A stretch of 64,000 bases of DNA from Thermoplasmata archaeon (GTDB lineage: Archaea; Thermoplasmatota; Thermoplasmata; Lutacidiplasmatales; UBA184), in the NCBI GenBank assembly GCA_035933635.1, contig DASYYY010000022.1:130417-194416 (forward strand), in the 5' to 3' direction. Made by a program: the position numbers and the translations under genes. Shown here piece after piece: positions 9,464 through 19,025 of the stretch; within the stretch, counting starts at the first letter, position 1, and each line of letters opens with the position of its first letter. The notes beneath the pieces are model-generated. The model worked only from the letters and a program-made list of their open reading frames with translations, had not been told where the DNA came from and did no database searches.

Positions 9464-10294
9464 GTGAGCCCGCCCGCCGTGGACGTCGCCCTCCTCCAGA
9501 TCGAGGGGACCAACAACGACACCGAGCTCTACCACGCCCTCGCGGGGGTCGGAGCCCGCCCGGAGATCGTCCACCTCAAGCAGTTCGAGGGGCGTGACGT
9601 GACCTCCGACGAGCGTCGTAGGTTATCCGACTACCAGGTGCTCCTGATCCCGGGCGGCTTCTCGGCGGGCGACTACGTCCGGGCCGGTGCGATCTTCGCC
9701 TCCCGGATCCGGAGCGCCATCGGACCGGAGCTCCAGGAGTTCGTCCGTTCCGGCCATTTCGTCGGGGGCATCTGCAACGGATTCCAGGTCCTGACCGAAC
9801 TCGGCCTCTTGCCCGGATACCCCGAGGGTCGGCTGGGCCCGCCGCAGGCGGCGTTGATGACCAATGACTCCGGCCGGTACGAGTGCCGGCCCACCTTCCT
9901 CCGGTGGGAGGGCGGGGCGTTCGCGCCGCTCTCCCACCTGCCGAAGGGGACGGTCCTGCTCACCCCCTCCGGGCACGCCGAGGGCAAGCTCGTACTTGCC
10001 GGCGATCCCGACGCGGGGGTTCGGGAGCTGGACTCCAACGGGCAGGTGCTGTTCCGTTGGGTCGACCCGAAGGGCCAGCTCGCCGGTTACCCGTGGAATC
10101 CCAACGGATCGCCGGGGAACGTGGCCGGCATCACGAACCGCGAGGGGAACGTCTTCGGCTGGATGCCCCACCCGGAGCGTGCCTTCTTCCGCGACCTCCA
10201 TCCCGATTGGACTCGCTCCGGCGGGCCGGACGGGTTCGGCGACGGCCAGCGGATTTTCGACGGCCTGATCCGGCACGTCGAGCGGCACGACTAG
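9464..10294 (+). CDS. purQ: Phosphoribosylformylglycinamidine synthase subunit PurQ
   Basis: GTNND, PGGFSAGDY, GICNGFQ, HAEG, NPNGS, MPHPER. Confidence 0.96.
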   Translation: MSPPAVDVALLQIEGTNNDTELYHALAGVGARPEIVHLKQFEGRDVTSDERRRLSDYQVLLIPGGFSAGDYVRAGAIFASRIRSAIGPELQEFVRSGHFVGGICNGFQVLTELGLLPGYPEGRLGPPQAALMTNDSGRYECRPTFLRWEGGAFAPLSHLPKGTVLLTPSGHAEGKLVLAGDPDAGVRELDSNGQVLFRWVDPKGQLAGYPWNPNGSPGNVAGITNREGNVFGWMPHPERAFFRDLHPDWTRSGGPDGFGDGQRIFDGLIRHVERHD

Positions 10295-10895
10295 CCCCGC
10301 GCGAGAACCGTACGACCTCCAGACGCTCCCCTTCGAGTTCACGTCGGGCGACCACCCGCCATCGCCCCCCTCTTCGCATCCATCCGTCGAGCAGACGCGA
10401 CCGCTCGGTTGGGTCCTGCAGCGTCGAGAAGAGCACGAACGCCGACCCGCGCGGGCGCAGGTGTGGGGAGAGCTCCGACAGCAGTCGTCTGGTGATCGTC
10501 AAGCCGGTGGCCCCGCCGTCCAGCGCGAGCCGATCCCCCGGCTCCGGGTCCACCAGTCCGACCGGTGTCGGGAGGTACGGTGGATTGCATAGGATCCGGT
10601 CGAACGCGCGGAGGCCGCGCGCGAGGTCGGTCCGTACGCAGTCGAGGTCGACCCGTCGCTTCCGGGCCAGCTCGCGTGCGGCCCGAAGTGCGTCGAGGTT
10701 CCGGTCCGTCGCCACGACGCGCGCCCCGGACGAGGCCGCCGCGACGGCGAGGATCCCACTCCCGGTGCCGATGTCGAGGACCCGGAGCCGTCGAGGTATC
10801 CGGGCGAAGGGCAGGAGCAGTTCGGAATCTTCGCGTGGAGCGTAGACCCCGGGGCGCCGCGGTTGCGGGCCGTTCGGGGTGCTCGTCCCTAGCAC
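10131..10895 (-). CDS. HemK2/Mtq2-type N5-glutamine methyltransferase
   Basis: VYAPREDSELL, VLDIGTGSG, NPPY, LDGG..G. Confidence 0.9.
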   Translation of the reverse strand: MLGTSTPNGPQPRRPGVYAPREDSELLLPFARIPRRLRVLDIGTGSGILAVAAASSGARVVATDRNLDALRAARELARKRRVDLDCVRTDLARGLRAFDRILCNPPYLPTPVGLVDPEPGDRLALDGGATGLTITRRLLSELSPHLRPRGSAFVLFSTLQDPTERSRLLDGWMRRGGRWRVVARRELEGERLEVVRFSRGASRAARRAGSGRRKSAGRRRTRPARRSESNRDGGRGRRHAPGGASSRRRSPRGS

Positions 10896-10987
10896 GCCCG
10901 CCCTCGCCGCCGCGAAGCTCTTATCGTTTCATTCCATCCGGATTTCTCGGGGATTCTTACACAGTGGCGCGTCGCGCAGCGGCTCCC

Positions 10988-11521
10988 GTGAAGATCGGCA
11001 TCACCGGGCTTCCGGGGTCGGGAAAGACGCAGACCCTGTTGCGCATCATCCAGCTCCTCGAACAGGAGGGGCTGCGGGTCGGCGGGATGATCACCGAGCC
11101 GATCGAAGAGAAGCACCACCGCTCGGGTTTCCAGATCACGAACTGGATCACCAAGGAGCACGAGGTGTTCGCCCACGAGACGCTGAAGTCGCGGGTCCGT
11201 TCGGGCCGCTACGGGGTCAACCTCTCGGCGCTCGAAGGGCTCGGCGTTCGCGCGCTCCAGATGGCCCGGGACGACGCCGACATCATCGTCATCGACGAGG
11301 TCGGCAAGATGGAGGTCGAGTGCGAGACGTTCACCCAGAGCGTCGTCGACACGCTCGATGCCAGCAAGTCGATCGTGATGACCCTCCACAAGAAGTCGCG
11401 CAATCCGCTGCTCCAGGACATCCGACGGAGGGACGAGCTACGCCTGCTCGAAGTGACGCCCGTCAACAAGAATCTCCTCGCGTTCAAGATCGTCAAGTTG
11501 CTGACGGGCCGGGCGCACTGA
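10988..11521 (+). CDS. Nucleoside-triphosphatase (THEP1/NTPase_1 family)
   Basis: KIGITGLPGSGKT, VGGMITE, IVIDEVGKME; alternative GTG start at 10964. Confidence 0.92.
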   Translation: MKIGITGLPGSGKTQTLLRIIQLLEQEGLRVGGMITEPIEEKHHRSGFQITNWITKEHEVFAHETLKSRVRSGRYGVNLSALEGLGVRALQMARDDADIIVIDEVGKMEVECETFTQSVVDTLDASKSIVMTLHKKSRNPLLQDIRRRDELRLLEVTPVNKNLLAFKIVKLLTGRAH

Positions 11522-12612
11522 ACGGAGTTCGCCGCGCCCGCGAAGGGGCCACCGAGCTCTGGTTGCCCCCCTCGCCCGGCGAACGGGGTCCGGCGCCGCG
11601 GCGCGCCGTGTTCTACAACCGGGCGATGGCGCTCGACCGCGACCTCGGGGTCGCCGTACTCTCCGCCTGGGGCTCGGGCCGCGGACGGCCAGGGCGGGGG
11701 TGGGAGATGTTGGCGGCTACCGGCGCACGCGGACTGCGGCTCCGCAATGAGACCGAGGCGCTCGGCGAACTGCACCTGACCGAGTGGAATCCGGAGGCAT
11801 CGGAGGTACTGCGGTCCAACGCGGCCGGACTTTCGCTCGCCGGTGTGTCGGTCGAGGCCGCGGACGCACGGAAAGTTCCCGCGGCCGCGCCGTACGACTA
11901 CGTCGATCTCGATCCGTTCGGTACTCCCGTGCCGTTCTTGGATGCGGCGCTCACCGCGCTCGCTCCGGAGGGACTCCTCGCCGTGACCGCGACCGACATG
12001 CCCGTGCTCGCGGGGGTCCAGCCGGGCGCGTGCAATCGCCGCTACGGTGCGGATCCCCTGCGCGGCCGCCTGGCTTCGGAGGCGGGGCTGCGCATTCTCC
12101 TGGCGCACGTGGTAGGGCGTGCGGCCGAGAAGGGGATCCAACTCCGCCCTGTGCTCTCTTACGTCCTGGACCATCACGTCAGAATGTACCTGCGGCGCCG
12201 GGAAGAGCCGGTCGCGCCACCGATCGAGCAGGTGCCCAGTCCCCGATGCGCCTCCCCCCCGCTCCCGGGCGGTGGACCGTACGGGCCCCTGTGGGTCGGA
12301 CCGCTCTTCGAGCAGGGGTTCGTCGCCCGTCTGCGGACCCCCACGAGCGCCGAATTGCCAGAGGCGCTCGACACACTGCTCCAACGGTTCCGGGGAGAGT
12401 CGCTCGTCGATGTGCCGTTCTACTACGAGCCCAATCGCCTGGCGCACGCGACCGCCGTTCCAGAACCTCCCGGTCTCGAAGCGTTGTTCCGTGAGATCTC
12501 CGCCCGCGGATTCCGCGTCGCCCGGTGCCACGTCCAGCCGAGCGCCTTCCGGACGGACGCGCCGTATCCGGAGTTGGAATCGATCGTCCGGCAGCTCGCC
12601 GGCGCCCGCTAA
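11518..12612 (+). CDS. trm1: tRNA (guanine26-N2)-dimethyltransferase Trm1
   Basis: EG..., VFYNRAM..DRD, ATGARGLR, DYVDLDPFGTP, VTATD, EAGLRIL, GPLWVGPL, FRTDAP; start probably CTG 11518. Confidence 0.9.
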   Translation: MNGVRRAREGATELWLPPSPGERGPAPRRAVFYNRAMALDRDLGVAVLSAWGSGRGRPGRGWEMLAATGARGLRLRNETEALGELHLTEWNPEASEVLRSNAAGLSLAGVSVEAADARKVPAAAPYDYVDLDPFGTPVPFLDAALTALAPEGLLAVTATDMPVLAGVQPGACNRRYGADPLRGRLASEAGLRILLAHVVGRAAEKGIQLRPVLSYVLDHHVRMYLRRREEPVAPPIEQVPSPRCASPPLPGGGPYGPLWVGPLFEQGFVARLRTPTSAELPEALDTLLQRFRGESLVDVPFYYEPNRLAHATAVPEPPGLEALFREISARGFRVARCHVQPSAFRTDAPYPELESIVRQLAGAR

Positions 12613-15437
12613 TCCCAGAACGCTCGGGTCCGCGCGTACTTGCGCTCGGCCTTGAGGATCTCCGTGAGGAGCTCCTCGTCGCTGCGGTAGGGTCGCTGCA
12701 GGATCCGCCGGGCGGTGTCCGGCCCGATGCCCCGGCCCGCCAGGCAGAGCAGCGCCTTCTCGCCGTAGTGGGCGAGCAGCTCGGCCGAGGTGTACGCGGT
12801 GCGGATCAACGGCTCGAGCGAAGGGTTCGGTCTCCGGGCGCCGCGCTCGCCCTTCCACTTCTTCTTGGCATACCGTCCGATCCGGTCGATGTCCTCGGTG
12901 CGCCGGGGGGACAGGACGGCCGAAAGGGCGCCGTGGCAGATCTTGCAGGTGGCCCCCTTGTCCTTGGCGAACCGATCGGCGGTCACCGAGCGAGTGAAGC
13001 CGCACCGCAGGCAGACCAGCGTCAACGACTCGGCCCGGAGACGCTCGCCGACCGCCTTCAGCAACGTGGGCGGCGGGGTGTCCGGGACCTCACGCCAGCG
13101 GAGCCGCTCGACCGGGAGGTCGCTCAGCGGGTTCGGGGCGATGACCCTCAGGGCGATGGTACCGTCGCGCAGCCGGGTGAGCACCTCGGTGGCGTGGGCG
13201 AGGTCGAACCGGTCGTGGAGGGTCTTCTCCAGCGCCTCCTCCCCGAGCGGGGTGGTGCGGGAGGCTTCGATCAACGGCTCCAGGTCGCGGAGCGCCCTGG
13301 GGTCCGCCCCGACCGGCAACACTCCGAACTTGCGCGCCACCGTCAGGAACACGTAGCGGAATTCCGGGCTGGACGGCACGAGGTGCTCGACGAGGTGGCC
13401 GAGCCCCTCCGGCGGCAGGCGGATCGCCTCCATCAGCGTCTCTGGTGCGAGGGCCACGGGTAGCCCGAGCAGGATCCAGGTCGGCTCGGTGCCTAGGATC
13501 TCGACACGGCCTCCGGTGCGCGAGGTCAGCGATCCGGCGAGCGCCAGCGCGAGCGTGTCGTTGGTCTTGCTGCCGAAGCAGGCTCCGATGGCCACGATCC
13601 GACCGTGCAGGGTGACGGTGACGGTGCGGTCGTCGGCGACCTCTGCGACCCTCGCGGCCGCGCATCGGGCCGCGAGGCGTTCCCGGGCCGTCGGCAGCAG
13701 CGGGTACGGTCCGAGCTCTCCGGTCCGGCGAAGCCGTCCGATCTCCTGAGCGGCCTCGAACGGGACGGGCAGGTCCTCTCCCACCCAGCGCGGCTCCTGC
13801 CCGATCTCCGTGACCGATTCGACGAGGAGCTCGTCGTCGCGGAACTCGACGACCCGCCAGGTCCGGCCCCGCAGGAGAAAGATCAGGTCGGGCTCGGCGA
13901 GCACTTGGGTGATGACGAACCGTTCGTCCAACGTGCCGATCGGCCGACGCGTCGCGATGTCGCGTAAGCGGTAGGTCTTCTGGTCGGGGATCAGCGAGAG
14001 GGTCGAGTAGAACCGAGCCAGCGTGCCGCGGGTCGGACGCAGGGTCTCGCCCTCCCGGCGCAGATTACCGAGGGTCCCGAGGTACTCGACGAGCTCGTCC
14101 CACTCCTTGGCGCTGAGCCCGCCCGCGGCCAGCGCGCCCCGGAGCTCGTCGAAGAGCGGACGGACGTCCGCACTGCCCTGCGCCCGGAGGGCCGCCAGCA
14201 CCTGCTGGGCGAGGGCAAGCCGGTTGCGCGTCCTCCAGACGGTGGGCTCGATTTCGCCGGCGAGCGCGCGTCGGGCGAGCACCGCGCCCTCCTCGAGGTC
14301 CTCGTCGTCGAGGGCGAGGAGCACCCCGTGCACCGTCCGGTCGAGCCGATGGCCGGATCGGCCGGCGCGCTGGAGAAGGCGCCCGGCCTGGTGGGGGGAG
14401 CCGAACTGGACGACGAGGTCGACCGAGCCGATGTCGAGCCCGAGCTCGAGCGAGCTCGTGGCGACCAGGCCGCGGAGCTTCCCCTCCCGGAACTCCTGCT
14501 CGGTCTCCTCACGGACCGCCCGGGAGAGCGAGCCATGATGGACCGCGACGGGCAGGTCGGGGGCGAGTCGGGCGAGGCGCGCGCCGAGGCCCTCTGCGGT
14601 GGGGCGGGTGTTGACGAAGATCAACGTCGTGCGATGGCGACGGACCTCCTCCTCCGCGGCGAGGAGGGCGCGGAGGTACGGTTCGTCCGCCTTGAGCTCG
14701 GCACGGAGGGCGGGGTCGACCTTCTCGGTCCCCTCCGCACCGGTACGGACCTCGAGGACGATCGCCCGGGATTGGCGCGCCACCGCGTATCGGGGTGAAC
14801 GGGGCGGCGGTGCCAGGAACTGGGCGACCTCGGCGGGGTTCGATACGGTCGCCGAGAGGCCGATCCGCCGGATCCGCCGGCCGACGAAAGCGTCGAGCCG
14901 CTCGAGCGTGACCCCCAGCTGGGCGCCCCGGTCCGAGGGGAACAGCTCGTGCACCTCGTCGACGACAACGGCCCGCAGCCCCCGGAGTCCCTCCCGGAGA
15001 TTCTTGCCGACGAGGAGGATCTGGAGCGTCTCGGGCGTCGTGAGCAGAACATCGGGGGGTCGGCGCGACTGACGGGTGCGCTCCGCCGCCGGAGTGTCGC
15101 CGTGGCGCACGGCCGCGGTCAGCCCCGCGGCGCGCGCTAACTCGACGAACCGCACCTCGAGATCGCGGTTCAGCGCGCGCAAGGGGGTGACGTAGATCAG
15201 GAACGTCGGGGGGGTCGGGGCGTACAGCCTCTGGGAAAGCAGGGGAAGAAGCGCCGCCTCGGTCTTGCCGGTGCCCGTGGGCGCCACGAGCAGCGCATCG
15301 CCATCGCCCCCGGCCAGGAGCGGGAGCGCGAGCTTCTGGATCTCCGTCGGGGCGATGAAGCCCCGATCGGCGAGCGCCCTCAGGAGCTCCGGATGGACCC
15401 CCTCGAACAGCTCGGCGCGCAGTTCCGCCACGGCCAT
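12609..15437 (-). CDS. lhr: Lhr-like DEAD/DEAH-box helicase with C-terminal Zn ribbon
   Basis: APTGTGKT, TPLRALNRD, DEVH, LSAT, HHGSLS, TSSLELGLDIG, QRAGRSGH, CLRC...CKIC; start MAVAEL at 15437. Confidence 0.93.
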   Translation of the reverse strand: MAVAELRAELFEGVHPELLRALADRGFIAPTEIQKLALPLLAGGDGDALLVAPTGTGKTEAALLPLLSQRLYAPTPPTFLIYVTPLRALNRDLEVRFVELARAAGLTAAVRHGDTPAAERTRQSRRPPDVLLTTPETLQILLVGKNLREGLRGLRAVVVDEVHELFPSDRGAQLGVTLERLDAFVGRRIRRIGLSATVSNPAEVAQFLAPPPRSPRYAVARQSRAIVLEVRTGAEGTEKVDPALRAELKADEPYLRALLAAEEEVRRHRTTLIFVNTRPTAEGLGARLARLAPDLPVAVHHGSLSRAVREETEQEFREGKLRGLVATSSLELGLDIGSVDLVVQFGSPHQAGRLLQRAGRSGHRLDRTVHGVLLALDDEDLEEGAVLARRALAGEIEPTVWRTRNRLALAQQVLAALRAQGSADVRPLFDELRGALAAGGLSAKEWDELVEYLGTLGNLRREGETLRPTRGTLARFYSTLSLIPDQKTYRLRDIATRRPIGTLDERFVITQVLAEPDLIFLLRGRTWRVVEFRDDELLVESVTEIGQEPRWVGEDLPVPFEAAQEIGRLRRTGELGPYPLLPTARERLAARCAAARVAEVADDRTVTVTLHGRIVAIGACFGSKTNDTLALALAGSLTSRTGGRVEILGTEPTWILLGLPVALAPETLMEAIRLPPEGLGHLVEHLVPSSPEFRYVFLTVARKFGVLPVGADPRALRDLEPLIEASRTTPLGEEALEKTLHDRFDLAHATEVLTRLRDGTIALRVIAPNPLSDLPVERLRWREVPDTPPPTLLKAVGERLRAESLTLVCLRCGFTRSVTADRFAKDKGATCKICHGALSAVLSPRRTEDIDRIGRYAKKKWKGERGARRPNPSLEPLIRTAYTSAELLAHYGEKALLCLAGRGIGPDTARRILQRPYRSDEELLTEILKAERKYARTRAFWD

Positions 15438-15469
15438 TCGAGCCGGGTGCGACTCAAAACGCCCCCGGC

Positions 15470-15913
15470 TCAGACCGGAGCGACGCTGCCGGGCTCGAGA
15501 TCGAGCTTGCGCAGCCCGAGCGTCTCGTCCATGGTCCGGCCGAAGGTCCGCCCGGGGAAGGTCTCGACGTAGATCTCCGCGAGCACGCTGACCCTCCCTT
15601 TGAGGAGGTGGCCCCCGACGACATGGTGGTCGGGCCCGGCGAGGGCGCCGTGAAGGTGGAGCGAGGGCGCACCGTCGACCTCCGCGATGCTCCCGTGGAG
15701 CGCGACCAGCTCGTGGGGGACCTCGAGGACGTGGGGGACGTACTCGCGTCCGTTCCAGTAGGCCGCGGTCGTGGGGGCCAGCATCCCGATCCCCTCGACG
15801 ACGACTCCGGCCCGGACCCCATGTCGGCGGGCAAAGTCGGCGAGCCGGTCGAAGATCTCCTCCCCCGCATCGAGCCGTAGCATCCAGCGCGTGCCCTCGT
15901 GTACTTCCTGCAC
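15470..15913 (-). CDS. PPC/DUF296 domain protein
   Basis: LRLDAGEEI, GIG, ELVALHGSI, HLH, VGGHL. Confidence 0.9.
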   Translation of the reverse strand: MQEVHEGTRWMLRLDAGEEIFDRLADFARRHGVRAGVVVEGIGMLAPTTAAYWNGREYVPHVLEVPHELVALHGSIAEVDGAPSLHLHGALAGPDHHVVGGHLLKGRVSVLAEIYVETFPGRTFGRTMDETLGLRKLDLEPGSVAPV

Positions 15914-15997
15914 GGGCGCACCAACTCCCCTCGGCGTAAGGAGCTTGGGGCACCCGTCCGGAAAACGGTAAGGTGCGGGTCCTCCTGCGCCGTCGCG

Positions 15998-16810
15998 ATG
16001 GAACTCCGACCGATCCACGGCCTCCCCGAGACTCCGCAGGCCGTGGTCGAACGCCTGCGGGCGGCGGGGCCGTCGATCGTGGCGCTGTCCGGGGGTGTGG
16101 ACTCGGGGGTCGTGGCCCTGTTGGCGCACCGCGCGCTCGGCACGGAGGCACGCGCGGTGACATTGACCGGACCTTCCCTCCCGGCCGAGGAGCGCGCGAT
16201 GGCGGGCGCGGTCGCCCGAGCGATCGGGATCGAACACGCCGAGATCCCGGTCGACCAGCTCTCCCGGGAGGAGTACCGATCGAATCCGGAGAATCGCTGC
16301 TACTTTTGTCGCCAGGTCGAGACCACCGCGATCCGCCGGCTCGCGGCCGGCGTGGGCATCACCGTACTGCTGGACGGGGTCCACCTCGACGACCTGGGCG
16401 ACATCCGACCCGGGCTGAAGGCCATGGACGAGGCCGGATTCCGCCATCCGCTGCTCGAGGCCGGTTGGCGCAAGTCCGACGTTCGGGAGTGCGCCCGCAG
16501 CGTGGGATTGCCGAATTGGGACCGCCCGTCCAACGCCTGCTTGGCGAGCCGAGTGCGCCACGGCGAGTCGATCAGCGCCGCGTTGCTCGCCGCGGTCGAC
16601 CGCGCGGAATCGGCGGTCCGGGGGTTCGGATTCCGCCGCGTGCGCGTCCGGGTCTCCGCCGGTGGCGCTCGAGTCGTCGTGGGGGCGGACGAGGTCGAAC
16701 GCCTGATCGCACCCCCCACCGCGCAGCGGGTGGTCGATTCTCTGCTCACGATCGGATTCTCGGAGGTCACCCTCGATCCCGCCGGCTACGCTCCCCGACC
16801 GGGAGGTTGA
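15998..16810 (+). CDS. larE: LarE-family ATP-dependent sulfur insertase (PP-loop)
   Basis: SGGVDS, NRCYFCR, DG...DD...RPG, ACLASR, RVRVR. Confidence 0.9.
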   Translation: MELRPIHGLPETPQAVVERLRAAGPSIVALSGGVDSGVVALLAHRALGTEARAVTLTGPSLPAEERAMAGAVARAIGIEHAEIPVDQLSREEYRSNPENRCYFCRQVETTAIRRLAAGVGITVLLDGVHLDDLGDIRPGLKAMDEAGFRHPLLEAGWRKSDVRECARSVGLPNWDRPSNACLASRVRHGESISAALLAAVDRAESAVRGFGFRRVRVRVSAGGARVVVGADEVERLIAPPTAQRVVDSLLTIGFSEVTLDPAGYAPRPGG

Positions 16811-16815
16811 GGGCC

Positions 16816-18897
16816 GTGCCGGTCAAACGGACGAAGGCACCTACCCCGCGGCCCGAGCCGCGGGAGGCCTCCGATCGGCGGGCGAGTTCGGGGCAGTTCC
16901 AGCTTGAGACCGAGCTCACTCCCCAGGGGGACCAGCCCAAGGCGATCGAGGAGCTCGCGCGGCGCATCCGGGGAGGGGAGCGGTACCAGACCCTCCTGGG
17001 GGTCACCGGTTCCGGCAAGACGTTCACGATGGCGGAGGTCGTCGAGCACCTCCAGCGACCCACCCTCGTGATCTCCCCGAACAAGACGCTGGCCGCGCAG
17101 CTGGTCAGCGAGTTCCGAGCCCTCTTCCCCCGGAACGCCGTCGAGTACTTCGTCAGCTACTACGACTACTACCAGCCCGAGGCCTATGTGCCCCAGATCG
17201 ATCTCTACGTCGAGAAGGACGCGCAGATCAACGAGGAGATCGACAAGCTGCGGCATCGTGCGACCCAGGCGCTGCTGACGCGCCGCGACGTCCTCGTCGT
17301 TGCGAGCGTCAGCTGCATCTTCGGCCTCGGATCTCCGACCGACTACCAGAGCGGGGTCGTCGATATCGAGCGGGGCGCGACACTCTCCCGCCAGGAGCTG
17401 CTGCACAAGCTCGTCCACAGCCACTACGCCCGCAACGACGTCGAGCTCCAGCGGGGCCGATTCCGAGTCCGCGGCGGCACCATCGACGTGATGAGCAGCG
17501 GGGAGACCGTCCATCGGATCGTGCTCGAGGGCGACCGCGTCGCCGAGCTTGCCGAGCTCGACCCGACGACGCGCGAGGAGATCCGACCGCTCGAGCGTCT
17601 GTCGATCTTCCCGGCGAGCCACTTCCTGACGATGGACGAGCGGCGCGAGGAGGTGCTCCGTGCGATCAACACCGAGAAGGAGGAGCGGGTCGCCGAGCTG
17701 ACCCGCCAGGGCCACGCGCTGGAGGCGCAGCGGCTCAAGAGCCGGACCGAGTACGACCTCGAGATGATCCGCGAGACCGGGACCTGTTCCGGGATCGAGA
17801 ACTACTCGCGGCACTTCACCGGACGCAAGCCCGGCGAGCCGCCGTACACGCTGCTCGACTTCTTTCCCAAGGACCTGCTCGTATTCCTGGACGAGTCGCA
17901 CGTGACGCTGCCCCAGCTCCAGGGGATGTACCGCGGCGACCTCAGCCGCAAGGACAACCTCGTCGAGTTCGGCTGGCGGCTTCCCTCGTGCCGCGACAAT
18001 CGGCCGCTCAAGTTCCCGGAGTTCCTGGCCCGGGTCCCCCAGCTCGTCTTCGTCAGCGCCACCCCCGCCAAGTTCGAGCGGGAGCACTCGAGCGCCATCG
18101 TCGAGCAGGTCATCCGGCCGACCGGCCTGGTCGACCCGCCGGTGGAGGTCCGACCGCTCGAAGGGCACATCGCCGACCTCGTCGGCGAGATCCGCACGGT
18201 CGTCGAGCGGGGCGAGCGGGCCCTCGTCACCACGCTGACCAAGCGCACCGCCGAGGACCTGGCCAACCACTTCGCCCAGCTGGGGATGAAGGTCCGCTAC
18301 CTCCATTCCGATGTCGAGACGATGAAGCGGGTCGAGATCCTTCGGGACCTCCGGCTCGGCCGGTTCGACGTGCTGGTCGGGATCAACCTGCTGCGGGAAG
18401 GGCTCGACCTGCCCGAGGTCAGCCTGGTCGCCGTCCTCGACGCGGACAAGGAGGGCTACCTTCGCAGCGAGAGCGCGCTCATCCAGACCGTTGGTCGCGC
18501 CTCCCGCAACGTCCGCGGCAAGGCCATCCTCTACGCCGACCGGACCACCGGCTCGATGGAGCGCGCGATGAGCGAGATGCGCCGCCGGCGCGAACTCCAG
18601 CTTGCCTTCAACGCCGAGCACGGCATCGTGCCCGAGACGATCCGCAAGGAGGTCCGCTCCATCCTGGCCGAGGGGACCGACGCCGAATCCGGCGACCTGT
18701 CGACCTCCGGTCTGGGCAAGAAGTGGAAGGAGCGGCTACCGATGCTCCTCGCCAATCTCGAGGAGGAGATGCGGATCGCCGCCGAGCAGCTGGACTTCGA
18801 GGAGGCGGCGCGGATCCGGGACCGGATCCGTGAGCTCGAGCTTCGGGCGGGCCTAGCGGGGAGCCGTACCCCCGAGCGTGCCGGAACGACGGCCTGA
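16816..18897 (+). CDS. uvrB: Excinuclease ABC subunit B
   Basis: GDQPKAI, GVTGSGKT, FVSYYDYYQPEAY, DESH, DNRPL, GINLLREGLDLPEV, C-terminal UVR domain. Confidence 0.98.
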   Translation: MPVKRTKAPTPRPEPREASDRRASSGQFQLETELTPQGDQPKAIEELARRIRGGERYQTLLGVTGSGKTFTMAEVVEHLQRPTLVISPNKTLAAQLVSEFRALFPRNAVEYFVSYYDYYQPEAYVPQIDLYVEKDAQINEEIDKLRHRATQALLTRRDVLVVASVSCIFGLGSPTDYQSGVVDIERGATLSRQELLHKLVHSHYARNDVELQRGRFRVRGGTIDVMSSGETVHRIVLEGDRVAELAELDPTTREEIRPLERLSIFPASHFLTMDERREEVLRAINTEKEERVAELTRQGHALEAQRLKSRTEYDLEMIRETGTCSGIENYSRHFTGRKPGEPPYTLLDFFPKDLLVFLDESHVTLPQLQGMYRGDLSRKDNLVEFGWRLPSCRDNRPLKFPEFLARVPQLVFVSATPAKFEREHSSAIVEQVIRPTGLVDPPVEVRPLEGHIADLVGEIRTVVERGERALVTTLTKRTAEDLANHFAQLGMKVRYLHSDVETMKRVEILRDLRLGRFDVLVGINLLREGLDLPEVSLVAVLDADKEGYLRSESALIQTVGRASRNVRGKAILYADRTTGSMERAMSEMRRRRELQLAFNAEHGIVPETIRKEVRSILAEGTDAESGDLSTSGLGKKWKERLPMLLANLEEEMRIAAEQLDFEEAARIRDRIRELELRAGLAGSRTPERAGTTA

Positions 18898-19025
18898 GGG
18901 GTCCCGGCGGCCAGGACGCCCCGGGATCGGTGCTGCGCCCCCTGTTCAGTTCGTTCGACCGGTCCGTTCGGTGTAGGGCGAGGATCGCGCGAGCGCCCTT
19001 TATCCGACGCCTTCCATCGCGGGCC

